This document shows, one piece after another, positions 20,215 to 29,882 of a DNA stretch of 64,000 nucleotides. Position numbers and translations under genes: made by a program. The DNA lies in the NCBI GenBank assembly GCA_965219455.1, contig OZ244744.1, positions 5,216,001 to 5,280,000 on the forward strand. The letters run 5' to 3'. Numbering within the stretch: position 1 is the stretch's first letter; every line of letters begins with the position of its first letter. The notes under the pieces were generated by a model. The model did no database searches. It saw nothing but the letters and a program-made list of their open reading frames with translations, and was not told the origin of the DNA. This stretch comes from Candidatus Latescibacterota bacterium. GTDB lineage: Bacteria; Latescibacterota; UBA2968; GCA-2709665.

Positions 20215-22443
20215 ATGGACACATTGATTGAAACACTGGACGACGGTATCGCGTACCGTGTCCGCACCTTGCTGTCAGACGGCGAGACCCCGCTGATGCG
20301 GGTGTGTTCGGACCTTGGCGCCGATGGGAAATATGGCGCTCAGTGGGTGGTCGTAACCGGGGAGCGGATCCTTGTGTTGCAGGAGGAAGGCACACGAGAC
20401 ACGGTCGACATTCCGGTTGAAGATGTGAGGGTTGCCCGCACGGAAAACGTGGTCGGCGGCGCACGGCTGGAGATCGAACGCGAGGCCCGACCAACTGTGT
20501 GTGTCCCCTATTCCCAAACGCAGGCGCAGAAATTCTCGGAGGTAGCCCGCGGCATAGAGCAACTCCGCACCGGGCAGCCGTTTATGGTTCGTATGGCTCT
20601 GGACCGGATCCGGTGCGAGACGTGCGGCCGCCTTCTTCCTGAGAAGAACGGGATCTGTCCTGCCTGCCTGAATCGAATGGATACACTGGCGCGAATCGCC
20701 AGGTATCTGTTGCCTTACAAGGGCCGCGCGGCCCTGCTCGCGCTCGCATCGGTTATGACAACCGCGGCAGAACTGATTCCGCCTCAGATTACCCGCGTGA
20801 TCGTGGATGACGTGCTGGTGCCCGAAGAGCCATCGCCTGCTGGAGACCGGCTGGACCTGTTGGCGCTGCTGGTACTCGCCCTGGTGGTCGTGCGGATAAT
20901 CGCCTGGGGTGCGGAATGGCTGCACGGGTGGACGGTGACATGGTTGAGCGCGAGAGTGACGGCTGATATTCGAAGCCAGCTATACCTGTCCCTGGAATTG
21001 CTGACGCTTCAGTTCTATGATAAACGCCAGGTCGGAGCGCTCATGTCTCGTGTGACCCGGGACAGCGGACGTCTGCAGGATTTTCTGGTGGACGGGTTGC
21101 CGTATCTCGTCATCAACAGCCTGATGCTTCTGGGTATCGTGGTGGCGTTGCTGTTAATGAACTGGAGGTTGACGCTGTATGTGCTCATTCCCGTGCCGCT
21201 GGTCGTGATGGGAGCCGTTGTCTGCTGGAGGCAAATGCGCAGGTTTTTTGGCAAGTGGTCCAAAAGCTGGTCGGAATTGATGGCTCGCGTCAACGAAACC
21301 TTGTCCGGCATTCGGGTGGTGAAGGCCTTCGCACAGGAGAAGCGCGAGATTCGTGTGTTTGAGAGGCACAACCGGGAACTCACCGGAAGGGCGGTGCGGG
21401 CGGAAACAAGCTGGGCGGTTTTTTTTGCCACAACGAATTTCCTGACTGGTTTCGGCGTATTGATTGTCTGGTTTTTTGGCGGTCAGCAGGTGCTGGGTGG
21501 TGAGCTGTCACTCGGCTCGCTGATGGCGTTTTATAGCTATATGTGGCTGCTTTACGGTCCATTGCAGTGGTTTGGAATGGTCAATAACTGGATGACACGC
21601 GCCTTCGTGGGGGCCGAGCGCATCTTCGAGGTCATCGATACGCCGCCGGAAGCTTACGAGGATCCCGATGCGGCCCCCATACCAGAGATGGAAGGCCGGG
21701 TGCGGTTCAGAGACGTGACATTTGGCTATGACAAATCCAAACCCGTACTTCTCGACATCGAACTGGACGTCAAACCGGGCGAGATGATCGGGCTTGTGGG
21801 CAAGTCGGGTGTGGGCAAGACCACCGCGGTGAACCTGATTTGCAGGTTTTACGACGTCGATCGAGGAGCCATCGAGATCGACGGGGTGGATATCCGGAAA
21901 CTTAGGCTGGAGGATCTGCGGGCCCAGATCGGCATTGTCCTGCAGGAGCCCTTTCTGTTCAGCGGAACCATTGCGGAGAATATCGGTTACGGCAAGCCCG
22001 GCGCGAGTCTCGACGAGATCATGGAGGCGGGGAAGGCGGCCAACGCCCATCGTTTTATCGTGTCCAAGCCGGATGGATACGATACTGACGTGGGAGAGCG
22101 AGGCGGGAATCTTTCAGGAGGAGAGAAACAGCGGGTGTCCATTGCCCGAGCGATCCTGAACGATCCCAGAATCCTGATTCTGGATGAAGCGACCTCCAGC
22201 GTGGACGTTCAGACAGAGGTCCAGATTCAGGAAGCCGTATCCCGCCTGGTGCAGGGCCGGACGACGTTTGCGATTGCGCACCGGCTGTCCACGCTTCGGA
22301 ATGCAGATCGGCTGGTGGTGTTGGATGATGGGCGGATTGTGGAAGTCGGCACGCATCGGGAACTGGTCTCGAGGCACGGTGCGTTTTATAAACTGGTGCG
22401 GTTGCAGCAGGAGGTGTCTGAAATCATGGCGGTGAACGAGTAG
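20215..22443 (+). CDS. Fused ABC transporter permease/ATPase with N-terminal PH-like domain and CxxC-x10-CxxC Zn ribbon (paralog 1)
   Basis: CETC..CPAC; six-TM exporter domain; GKSGVGKT, LSGGEKQR, ILILDE, AHRL. Confidence 0.92.
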   Translation: MDTLIETLDDGIAYRVRTLLSDGETPLMRVCSDLGADGKYGAQWVVVTGERILVLQEEGTRDTVDIPVEDVRVARTENVVGGARLEIEREARPTVCVPYSQTQAQKFSEVARGIEQLRTGQPFMVRMALDRIRCETCGRLLPEKNGICPACLNRMDTLARIARYLLPYKGRAALLALASVMTTAAELIPPQITRVIVDDVLVPEEPSPAGDRLDLLALLVLALVVVRIIAWGAEWLHGWTVTWLSARVTADIRSQLYLSLELLTLQFYDKRQVGALMSRVTRDSGRLQDFLVDGLPYLVINSLMLLGIVVALLLMNWRLTLYVLIPVPLVVMGAVVCWRQMRRFFGKWSKSWSELMARVNETLSGIRVVKAFAQEKREIRVFERHNRELTGRAVRAETSWAVFFATTNFLTGFGVLIVWFFGGQQVLGGELSLGSLMAFYSYMWLLYGPLQWFGMVNNWMTRAFVGAERIFEVIDTPPEAYEDPDAAPIPEMEGRVRFRDVTFGYDKSKPVLLDIELDVKPGEMIGLVGKSGVGKTTAVNLICRFYDVDRGAIEIDGVDIRKLRLEDLRAQIGIVLQEPFLFSGTIAENIGYGKPGASLDEIMEAGKAANAHRFIVSKPDGYDTDVGERGGNLSGGEKQRVSIARAILNDPRILILDEATSSVDVQTEVQIQEAVSRLVQGRTTFAIAHRLSTLRNADRLVVLDDGRIVEVGTHRELVSRHGAFYKLVRLQQEVSEIMAVNE

Positions 22444-22542
22444 TCGGGAGCGCGGCGTCGGATCAAGATCGTTTTTTCAGGCGTTTTCACCGACTGAATG
22501 AATGCGTGCCCTGGGTGTGCCTTGATTGTATCGGAGTGCAGG

Positions 22543-24777
22543 ATGGAAGCGTTCAATGAAGCCTTGCCGGAAGCCGTAACTGAAAAGCTTGGCAGAGAAG
22601 GCCTGAGGGATGAGCCTGCACTGATACAGGTATCGTCAGATCTGTCATCGAACTGGCAATACGGCCGGCAGTGGGTGGTGGTGACGGAGAAACGATTGCT
22701 GGTGATTCCTGGCGATGGCGAGGACGGGATGGTGGTGGTGCCGATGGCGGAGGTGGCGGGCGTGAGGACCGAAGAGTTGGTGGGCGGTGGTTGCCTGGCG
22801 GTGGACCGGCGGGGAGAAGGGCCGCTCTGTGTGCCGTATTCCCAGTCATTAATAGCGAAGTTCGCCGAGGTGGCCGAAGGCATTCGCCAGCTATCAGAAA
22901 GCGAAGGACTGTCTTTACCGGAACTGGGCGAACGGGTACGATGTGACAGGTGTGGACGCCTATTGCCGGAGAGGAACGGAATCTGCGCGGCCTGCATTAG
23001 GAAATGGCATACGTTTCTTCGTCTTCTGCGATATCTGACGCCACAGAGATGGCGGCTTGTCTCGGTGATTCTGGTAACGCTGGCGACGATTGCATTGGAA
23101 CTTTCGCCACCCAAGATCACGCAGCACATCATCGACGATGTGCTAACGCCCCGTGATAATTTCAGCCTGCTGGTCTGGCTGGTGCTCGGGCTGCTGGCGG
23201 TACGCTTGCTGTTGTGGGCGGCTTCGGTGAGTACGGAATGGTTAGCCCAGAGGCTGGGGCACGAGGGTGTGCAGGAAATTCGGTCGGATCTTTACAGGAA
23301 GCTTCAGTTTTTGCCGTTGCGGTTTTACGATCGTCGAACGATCGGCAGTCTCATCTCCAGGATGTCGAATGATTCGGACAGGCTGGAGGGTTTTCTGGCG
23401 TCCGATCTTCCTTTTTTCCTGTCGAAGCTACTGCTGTTTATCGGGATTCTGGGCCTTCTGCTGGTAACAAACTGGAAATTGACGCTATTTGTCCTGTTGC
23501 CTATTGCCCCGATTGTCCTTGTCGGTAGTCGCATATGGAAGCGCATGATGCGTCACTGGACCCGGTGGGGCGCCAGGTGGTCCCGGCTTTCCTCGCACTT
23601 GAGCGAGTCTATTAACGGCATCCGGGTGGTGAAGGCCTTTGCGCAGGAGTCCCGGGAAAGCGAGCGATTCAATGTAAGGAATGAGGACCTGCGCGCAGTA
23701 AGTGTAGCTGCTGAGCGGAGTTGGTTTGTGTTTTTTACGGTGACGAATTTTCTCATGAGCTGGGGAGTATTCCTGGTCTGGTATATTGGCGGTCGTCAGA
23801 TTCTGGGTGGTGAGATGACGCTGGGCGCATTGGTAGCCTTCATCAGCTATCTCTGGATGTTGTATCACCCTTTACGCTGGTTTGGCGAAATCTACAATAT
23901 TTTGTTGCGTGCGTTTGCCGGTGCCGAGCGGATTTTTGAGGTTGTGGATTCAAGGTCGGAATCGTGCGCGGCGAGTGATTCGGTACGGTTGCAGCGGTTG
24001 GAGGGTCGGATAATATTTCAGAATGTGGTTTTCGGGTACGACCGGGGAAAGCCGGTGCTGAAGGGCATTGACCTCGACGTGAAAGCGGGGGAGATGATCG
24101 GTCTTGTGGGTAAGTCTGGCGTCGGCAAATCCACCTTGATCAACCTGATTTGCCGGTTCTACGAGCCGGATCGAGGTCGCATTGAAGTCGACGGATTGGA
24201 AATGCGGGAAATAGGCCTGCAAGACCTGAGGTCCCAGATAGGCATGGTTCAGCAGGAGCCTTTCCTCTTCGACGCGACGATTGCTGAGAACATCGCCTAT
24301 GGGAAACCCGATGCGATGTTCAGTGAGGTGGTACGGGCGGCCATTGCGGCCGAGGCGCACGAGTTCATTGTACAAAAGCCGGATGGGTACGATATGAAGG
24401 TGGGAGAGAATGGCGGGAATCTGTCGGGCGGTGAAAAACAGCGAATTTCAATCGCGCGCGCTATTCTGTACGATCCGCGGATTTTGATTCTGGACGAGGC
24501 GACCTCTTCGCTCGACACCCAGACGGAGCGGAAGATACAGAAGGCAATTTCGCGGCTTGTGGAGGGCCGAACGACCTTTGCGATTGCACACAGGCTCTCC
24601 ACGTTACGCAGCGCAGACCGGCTCGTGGTGCTGGACGAAGGCAAAGTGGCGGAAGTGGGCACCCACGCCGAATTGATGGCGCGTCAGGGCATTTTCCATC
24701 AACTGGTGAAACGCCAGCAGGAGACGACGGCGGTGATGGCGATAGGCGGGGGTAAGGACGATCCGGGAAAGGATTGA
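22543..24777 (+). CDS. Fused ABC transporter permease/ATPase with N-terminal PH-like domain and Zn ribbon (paralog 2)
   Basis: CDRC..CAAC; same architecture; GKSGVGKS, LSGGEKQR, ILILDE, AHRL. Confidence 0.92.
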   Translation: MEAFNEALPEAVTEKLGREGLRDEPALIQVSSDLSSNWQYGRQWVVVTEKRLLVIPGDGEDGMVVVPMAEVAGVRTEELVGGGCLAVDRRGEGPLCVPYSQSLIAKFAEVAEGIRQLSESEGLSLPELGERVRCDRCGRLLPERNGICAACIRKWHTFLRLLRYLTPQRWRLVSVILVTLATIALELSPPKITQHIIDDVLTPRDNFSLLVWLVLGLLAVRLLLWAASVSTEWLAQRLGHEGVQEIRSDLYRKLQFLPLRFYDRRTIGSLISRMSNDSDRLEGFLASDLPFFLSKLLLFIGILGLLLVTNWKLTLFVLLPIAPIVLVGSRIWKRMMRHWTRWGARWSRLSSHLSESINGIRVVKAFAQESRESERFNVRNEDLRAVSVAAERSWFVFFTVTNFLMSWGVFLVWYIGGRQILGGEMTLGALVAFISYLWMLYHPLRWFGEIYNILLRAFAGAERIFEVVDSRSESCAASDSVRLQRLEGRIIFQNVVFGYDRGKPVLKGIDLDVKAGEMIGLVGKSGVGKSTLINLICRFYEPDRGRIEVDGLEMREIGLQDLRSQIGMVQQEPFLFDATIAENIAYGKPDAMFSEVVRAAIAAEAHEFIVQKPDGYDMKVGENGGNLSGGEKQRISIARAILYDPRILILDEATSSLDTQTERKIQKAISRLVEGRTTFAIAHRLSTLRSADRLVVLDEGKVAEVGTHAELMARQGIFHQLVKRQQETTAVMAIGGGKDDPGKD

Positions 24778-24792
24778 GCATTGCACAAGAAC

Positions 24793-25329
24793 ATGGATCC
24801 GGAAGGGAAGGGCGAGTGGAAACCCACGCCAATTGAAGTACCGCATCCGGCCAGCGTGGATTCCGAGAAGATCCGGCTGTTCCGCGAACCTGCATGGCGA
24901 TTGCGGATGACCATTGAGGGCGACCGCTCGTATCTCTATGTAAAAATTGTGCTTGCGGCACCTCTGTCCGAACCGGATCGGTACATGTGTTTTTTGGATG
25001 CGAAGGACGAGGTCATCTGCATGGTGGATGACATCCATGCTTTGACTGAGGAGAACCAGGCCATTGTCCGCGAGGAACTGGCGCGTCGTTACCTGACTTC
25101 CGGAATTGAGCAGGTCCATTCAATTCGTCAGGAATACGGGGTCTCCTACTGGGATGTGAGTACCGACCGGGGCCGGAGGGAATTCGTCGCCAAAAATGTG
25201 GCCGAAGACGCCCGGTGGCTGGGTGACAGGCGTCTGATGATTCTGGATGTGGACGGCAATCGGTTCGAGGTGGCGGACTTTTGCGCAATGGACAAGAAAA
25301 GTGTGGGGTTGATTGAACTGGTCATGTAA
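24793..25329 (+). CDS. DUF1854 domain protein
   Basis: PLS.PD.Y..FLD...E, REEL.RRY, W.V.TDRG...F, I.DVDGNRF...D...MD.KS. Confidence 0.8.
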   Translation: MDPEGKGEWKPTPIEVPHPASVDSEKIRLFREPAWRLRMTIEGDRSYLYVKIVLAAPLSEPDRYMCFLDAKDEVICMVDDIHALTEENQAIVREELARRYLTSGIEQVHSIRQEYGVSYWDVSTDRGRREFVAKNVAEDARWLGDRRLMILDVDGNRFEVADFCAMDKKSVGLIELVM

Positions 25330-25353
25330 CCAGGTACGCGGGCGGTTTCCAAT

Positions 25354-25692
25354 TTGGCCTTCGGAGCCACTCCTGTCGGACAAAATGCATTAATCTTATC
25401 ACAGAATCAGATTTCGGATCTGGCGGTACGTCGGTCGGTGTGCGGAGAGAATCTGATGGTTACCCGGTACGAGGTCAAAGCAGGGTCGGAGTTCGGCCCG
25501 CACCGGCATTCGGAAGAACAAATGGGATACGTTATTCGGGGGTGTATTGAATTCTTCGTCGGGGAACCGGAAAGGCGATTCTTGTTCGAGACGGGTACGT
25601 TCTTCCGTTTCGCGCCGAATGAGCGGCACCGATCCAGGGTGTTGGAAGACAGTCTTGTGATCGACGTCTTTGCGCCTCCCCGTCAAGAATAG
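25354..25692 (+). CDS. Cupin domain protein
   Basis: H.H.EEQ.GYV..G...F and PN..H.....EDS..IDVF.PPR. Start uncertain. Confidence 0.8.
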   Translation: MAFGATPVGQNALILSQNQISDLAVRRSVCGENLMVTRYEVKAGSEFGPHRHSEEQMGYVIRGCIEFFVGEPERRFLFETGTFFRFAPNERHRSRVLEDSLVIDVFAPPRQE

Positions 25693-25724
25693 GTACCTGA
25701 AGCGATGAAGGCAACGTAGAACGG

Positions 25725-26711
25725 TTAAATTTCCCACATCCGCTTGTATTTTTTTCTTGGTTCCAACGTGATGGATTGGTCGTAAACCTGCTGGAGCAGA
25801 CCCAGAGCTTCCAGAGCATGTTCGGCGCTGCAGCCCGGCTGGATGTCCTTACGTATCGCATCGATGAATTCGGCATTCTGAAGCAGGACGTCGTCGGCAA
25901 GGGTGTCGTCGCTCTCAAACAGGGCCTTCCCGTTAAGTGCGACATGGTTGCCCGAGACGATAAGTGTACCCGCATCGCATATGTAGATATTGTCGTTGAT
26001 GCCGTTTCGGGCATTGTAAGAAAGACTGAGTGCCGCGATGGTCTCCGAGGTATACCGAAGCAGCATGCTCACGTCGAGCGAGGTGCCTGTTCCGGCGTGA
26101 AGCGGGCTGAGTTCACCGCGAATGCGGCGGACGGGTTCGTCGATGGTCCAGAGGGAAAAATCCAGAACGTGGCAACCGTGGTGGAAGAGTACATCGTCCG
26201 TCCAACTCCGCCTGTAACCTGTCCAACCGACGTTGTCGTGGCGTAACTGAAACTCATGCATGTGGTGTTGGTGTACTTGACCCGCATTACCGTTCGCGAT
26301 AAAATCCTTCACAAACCGGCCCACGCGGTTGAAACGGCGGGTATGAGCGACCATTAGTTTAAGGCCTGTTTTTTTTGCCATGCCGGCGATCTCAGCGGCG
26401 CCTTTGTGGGAAAGCGCCACGGGGATTTCTACCAGAACGTGTTTTCCGGCATCCAGGGCCATCAGGGACTGTTCGTAGTGCATCTCGCTGGGAGAAGCGA
26501 CAATGACCGCGTCGATTGTACGGTCGGTCAGGACGTCTTCGTAGCGTGTGGTGGCCTTCTCAAAGCCCCACGCTTCCCGGAACGATTCAGCGGGTTTCGC
26601 TCTGCGCCCAACGACGGTACAAAGACGAACCCCCGGAATGCGCTTGAGTGCCCGGGTGTGGAAGAGCCCAATGCCGCCGTACCCCACGATGCCGCAGGTA
26701 ATGGTGTGCAT
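25725..26711 (-). CDS. Gfo/Idh/MocA family oxidoreductase
   Basis: GIVGYGGIG..H, DAVIVASP...H, GKHVLVEIP, HTRRFN, HHGCH..D. Confidence 0.9.
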   Translation of the reverse strand: MHTITCGIVGYGGIGLFHTRALKRIPGVRLCTVVGRRAKPAESFREAWGFEKATTRYEDVLTDRTIDAVIVASPSEMHYEQSLMALDAGKHVLVEIPVALSHKGAAEIAGMAKKTGLKLMVAHTRRFNRVGRFVKDFIANGNAGQVHQHHMHEFQLRHDNVGWTGYRRSWTDDVLFHHGCHVLDFSLWTIDEPVRRIRGELSPLHAGTGTSLDVSMLLRYTSETIAALSLSYNARNGINDNIYICDAGTLIVSGNHVALNGKALFESDDTLADDVLLQNAEFIDAIRKDIQPGCSAEHALEALGLLQQVYDQSITLEPRKKYKRMWEI

Positions 26712-26750
26712 GGATACTCCCTGTAGAGTTCAGTCCGGTGATTTTGGGAA

Positions 26751-26816
26751 TTTGCGCAAGACGACACAGCGGGAATAGGGAGTTGCCCCGATCCTGTGGT
26801 GTTGTCGTTGTGCGAA
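26751..26816 (+). other. Long imperfect stem-loop that pairs better on the + strand
   Basis: About 23 outer base pairs including 5 G-U pairs on +, which become A-C mismatches on -. Both flanking genes are on -. Confidence 0.5.
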
Positions 26817-26906
26817 AAAAGGATGCCTTTTCGAGAACTGCAACGCAACTCGCCTGCAACGCTTCTTCTCCTAAGCGCAGAATTCAAATGACTTATTTCT
26901 ATAAAT

Positions 26907-28439
26907 TTATATCGTATCCTGAATGTCTCTTACGTTGTGGTGCAAGGATTGAAGCGCAGGAAAAATTTCCCGGTAGACGGACTGAAAGCTGGTTTCGTAG
27001 ATCTCGACCTGTTCGACGTTCGGTTCTATCGTCCGACTGTCGTAGCTGAGTTCATTCCGAACCGAATCAATGTCTGTGTATACGCCAGCGCCGAGGCCGC
27101 CCAGTACCGCGGCACCCAGGGCGACGGACTCTTCTACTTCGGCAATCGAGATCCGCTGATTGAGCACCGAACTCTTGATTTGCATGAGAAGCCGGTTGCG
27201 TGTGTTGCCGCCAATGGCGACAATGCGTTTCGGCAGGTGGATTTCGGGATGTGATGTGATCGCGTCGAGGCAAAGTCTGCACTCGAAAGCCAGGCCCTCG
27301 AGCACGGCGCGAAAGAGGGTCCCACGCGTGACGTCGGCGGTCAGGCCGACGAAAGCCGCCCTCGAATCGGGATCGTTGTGCGGTGGATTGCCGAGGCGCA
27401 GATGTGGTTGAAAGTGGACCCCCAGGCTTCCCGCGGGGACTGCTTCGGCCTCATCGATGAGGGTGTCGTAGGACACGTCATTTCCAAGAAGATTCCGCAG
27501 CCACTCAACCGACGCCCCCGATGTGTAAATGCCGCCGAGGACGTAAAAGCGATCGGGCGCTACGTGAGCACCAGAGGTATATCCTTGTTCAGCGATTTCA
27601 GCGCTGAGCCATGGGTGCCCACCAGCAATGCAGAGCGCCTCGGCGGTTCCAAGAGAATTCAGAAGGGTGTCCGGTTCGATGGCCCCCACGGCCAGGGCGC
27701 CGCACACGTGGTCGTGCCCGCCGGTTGTTACCTGTGCGTCGATCGGAAGGCCGCTCGTACGTGCAACATCGGGCAACAGGCGGCCCAGCGGCGTTCCGGA
27801 CGGCATTACAGGTGCAAACAAGGCAGGTGAAATACCTGCCTCTTCCAGCAGGTCGGCATGCCAATTCAGTTGGTGAAGGTCGAAAGCCAGCGTTCGGGAA
27901 GCGAGCGAGTAGTCCGTGGCCTTTTCGCCACAGAGTCGAAACGTGATATAGTCGGCGACGTTTAACCAGGAGAACGTTTTTGAGAACGCCTCCGGGAGGT
28001 TTTCTTTCAGCCAGAGTACTTTGCAGAGACCGAAAATGGGCCGTAGCGGCAATCCTGTGAGTGCATAGATTCGATCTCGGCCGATGGTCTGGTCCAGCCA
28101 CGTGGCCTGTGGCGTGGTTCGTCGGTCGAACCAGGCGATTATATTGGCCGTGGGCCGATCGCCGGCGTCGAGGGGAACCCCTGCCTCGGCCATGCTTGAA
28201 ACGGCGATACTCGAGATCGGGCCGGTTCCGTTCAGTTGTGCCACCACATTGCACAGTAGCGTCAACGTGCAGGTCCATAATTCTTCCGGTTTGTGGTACG
28301 CCCAGCCGGGTCGCGGGTAATGTGTGGGCGTTGGCGCACTGGCGGACGCCTTCACGCGACCGGCAGTATCGAAAACAAGCGCCTTGATGTTCGTCGTGCC
28401 GACGTCGATGCCGGCCAATAGAGGACCAGGTGACATCAT
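26907..28439 (-). CDS. FGGY-family carbohydrate kinase (xylulokinase-like)
   Basis: GIDVGTT..K, IAWFD.R, TDYSLASRT, GGHDH, LGTAE, RAVLEG.AF, ALGAA.L. Confidence 0.92.
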   Translation of the reverse strand: MMSPGPLLAGIDVGTTNIKALVFDTAGRVKASASAPTPTHYPRPGWAYHKPEELWTCTLTLLCNVVAQLNGTGPISSIAVSSMAEAGVPLDAGDRPTANIIAWFDRRTTPQATWLDQTIGRDRIYALTGLPLRPIFGLCKVLWLKENLPEAFSKTFSWLNVADYITFRLCGEKATDYSLASRTLAFDLHQLNWHADLLEEAGISPALFAPVMPSGTPLGRLLPDVARTSGLPIDAQVTTGGHDHVCGALAVGAIEPDTLLNSLGTAEALCIAGGHPWLSAEIAEQGYTSGAHVAPDRFYVLGGIYTSGASVEWLRNLLGNDVSYDTLIDEAEAVPAGSLGVHFQPHLRLGNPPHNDPDSRAAFVGLTADVTRGTLFRAVLEGLAFECRLCLDAITSHPEIHLPKRIVAIGGNTRNRLLMQIKSSVLNQRISIAEVEESVALGAAVLGGLGAGVYTDIDSVRNELSYDSRTIEPNVEQVEIYETSFQSVYREIFPALQSLHHNVRDIQDTI

Positions 28440-28697
28440 TATAGGTAAGACAGTGTGCGGTGGAAGTGTCGGTCCGAGGTCGGTACAGATTCCGCGCAGC
28501 GTGTTGGCGGGATGGTCGAGGTAAGGAAATACCCTTTGACAGATGGCGCAATGGTACCTACTAATACACGAAAGTCAAGCCGAATCGGGAACACCTGCAG
28601 GCCGGAACGCCGATGAGGGTTTGTCGTCCGCCGGTTCGGCGGCGGGTCCCGCGTCACGGGATGCCGGTGCTGGAGTTCAACTGGATCGAGGTTAGAA

Positions 28698-29777
28698 ATG
28701 CCTGATTTGCCGAGGATGTATTCGGTCTGGGTGGATGCGGAGAACACGAGGGTGTACGGGATCGATGATGATGATTGCGGCGCACTCTGGTTTACGGGCA
28801 GTCTGCCGGCGCTCCACCGGTACTTGCCGGAAAAAGGGTTGATCGAAACGTTTCCGATACCTGAAAAACATGGGGGAAGCCAGTGTCTGTGCGCCGGCGG
28901 GAAGGTGTATGTGCTGCCGCAGACGAACGAGAAACTGACGGTTCTCGACGTCGCGGAGGAACGAGTGTGCCAGGTCGATAAGCCGTTTCCGAAGGCGAAT
29001 CTCTGGTACGGTCACGCGGATAGGGCACGTAACGTGCTCTATATGCCGGAGCGGTCGAGGCCATGTCTGGTTGTATGGGACGTTGAGTCGGACCGCGGGG
29101 AGGTTATTACATATCCGGAACCCGGGTTGTTGCCTCCGATCATGGAGGTGGATTGGCCCGAGCGGCTGGAGGTTTTCGGGGTTCCCGGTTCCGACGGCTT
29201 GCAGCGCCGCGTGTACTACGATCCTGAAGGGCGCCGTTTTCTGGCGGAAGACGCGCAGCGTATTCCACCGTCACGACCCGGCCAGCGGGCGGAGCGATAT
29301 ATCGTGAATTACATGGAGGGTCGTCTGTCCCGGCTGGACCGGCAGACAGGAGATACCTATGAGCGGGCCGTGCCGGGATGGAAGGAGGATTTCGGGTTCA
29401 TAGGAGGTGGCGTTTTCTACCAGGGGTGGCAGTTGAACAATTTGAGTACGTACGACTCGGGATTCCGGTACGACGAGGAGACCGGGGCGTATATTCAGCA
29501 GAAAGACGATCCGTACACCGGCGTGGACGGATTTCCTTACCACTTTATGGACCGGTTTATCGCCTATCACCCGGAAACCGATACCTTTGATCAGCTGATT
29601 CCCGAGGTTTCTCAGCAACGATATCCCCAGTTGTGTTATAACAAATTGGCGGACGGACACCTGTACATTACGGCAAACAACATCTGGTCGGACGAGAAAC
29701 AGCGTCCGCTCGGAGCAATCGAAAACCCCGTGGGTCAGTTGATGGTTTTGCAGACACGCCGTATCGAAAGTGGTTGA
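28698..29777 (+). CDS. Hypothetical protein, probable beta-propeller
   Basis: 359-aa ORF with GAGG RBS. Repeated beta-strand units (D..G.LWF, GKVY, L..YDP). No signal peptide. Confidence 0.6.
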   Translation: MPDLPRMYSVWVDAENTRVYGIDDDDCGALWFTGSLPALHRYLPEKGLIETFPIPEKHGGSQCLCAGGKVYVLPQTNEKLTVLDVAEERVCQVDKPFPKANLWYGHADRARNVLYMPERSRPCLVVWDVESDRGEVITYPEPGLLPPIMEVDWPERLEVFGVPGSDGLQRRVYYDPEGRRFLAEDAQRIPPSRPGQRAERYIVNYMEGRLSRLDRQTGDTYERAVPGWKEDFGFIGGGVFYQGWQLNNLSTYDSGFRYDEETGAYIQQKDDPYTGVDGFPYHFMDRFIAYHPETDTFDQLIPEVSQQRYPQLCYNKLADGHLYITANNIWSDEKQRPLGAIENPVGQLMVLQTRRIESG

Positions 29778-29882
29778 CCGGAGAAAACCGTCGACGCACT
29801 CCGGACCGGTCTTCTGACGTCCCCAATGGATGCGGGAACTCCAGTCAGCGGCCTGCACAGAAGGAAACAAAAGGAGGTTCAG

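Noticed and set aside
12521-25692. Single operon from uvrA through the ABC-DUF1854 genes
   Set aside because: A terminator-like hairpin at 20066-20095 and a 193-bp gap separate the two blocks.
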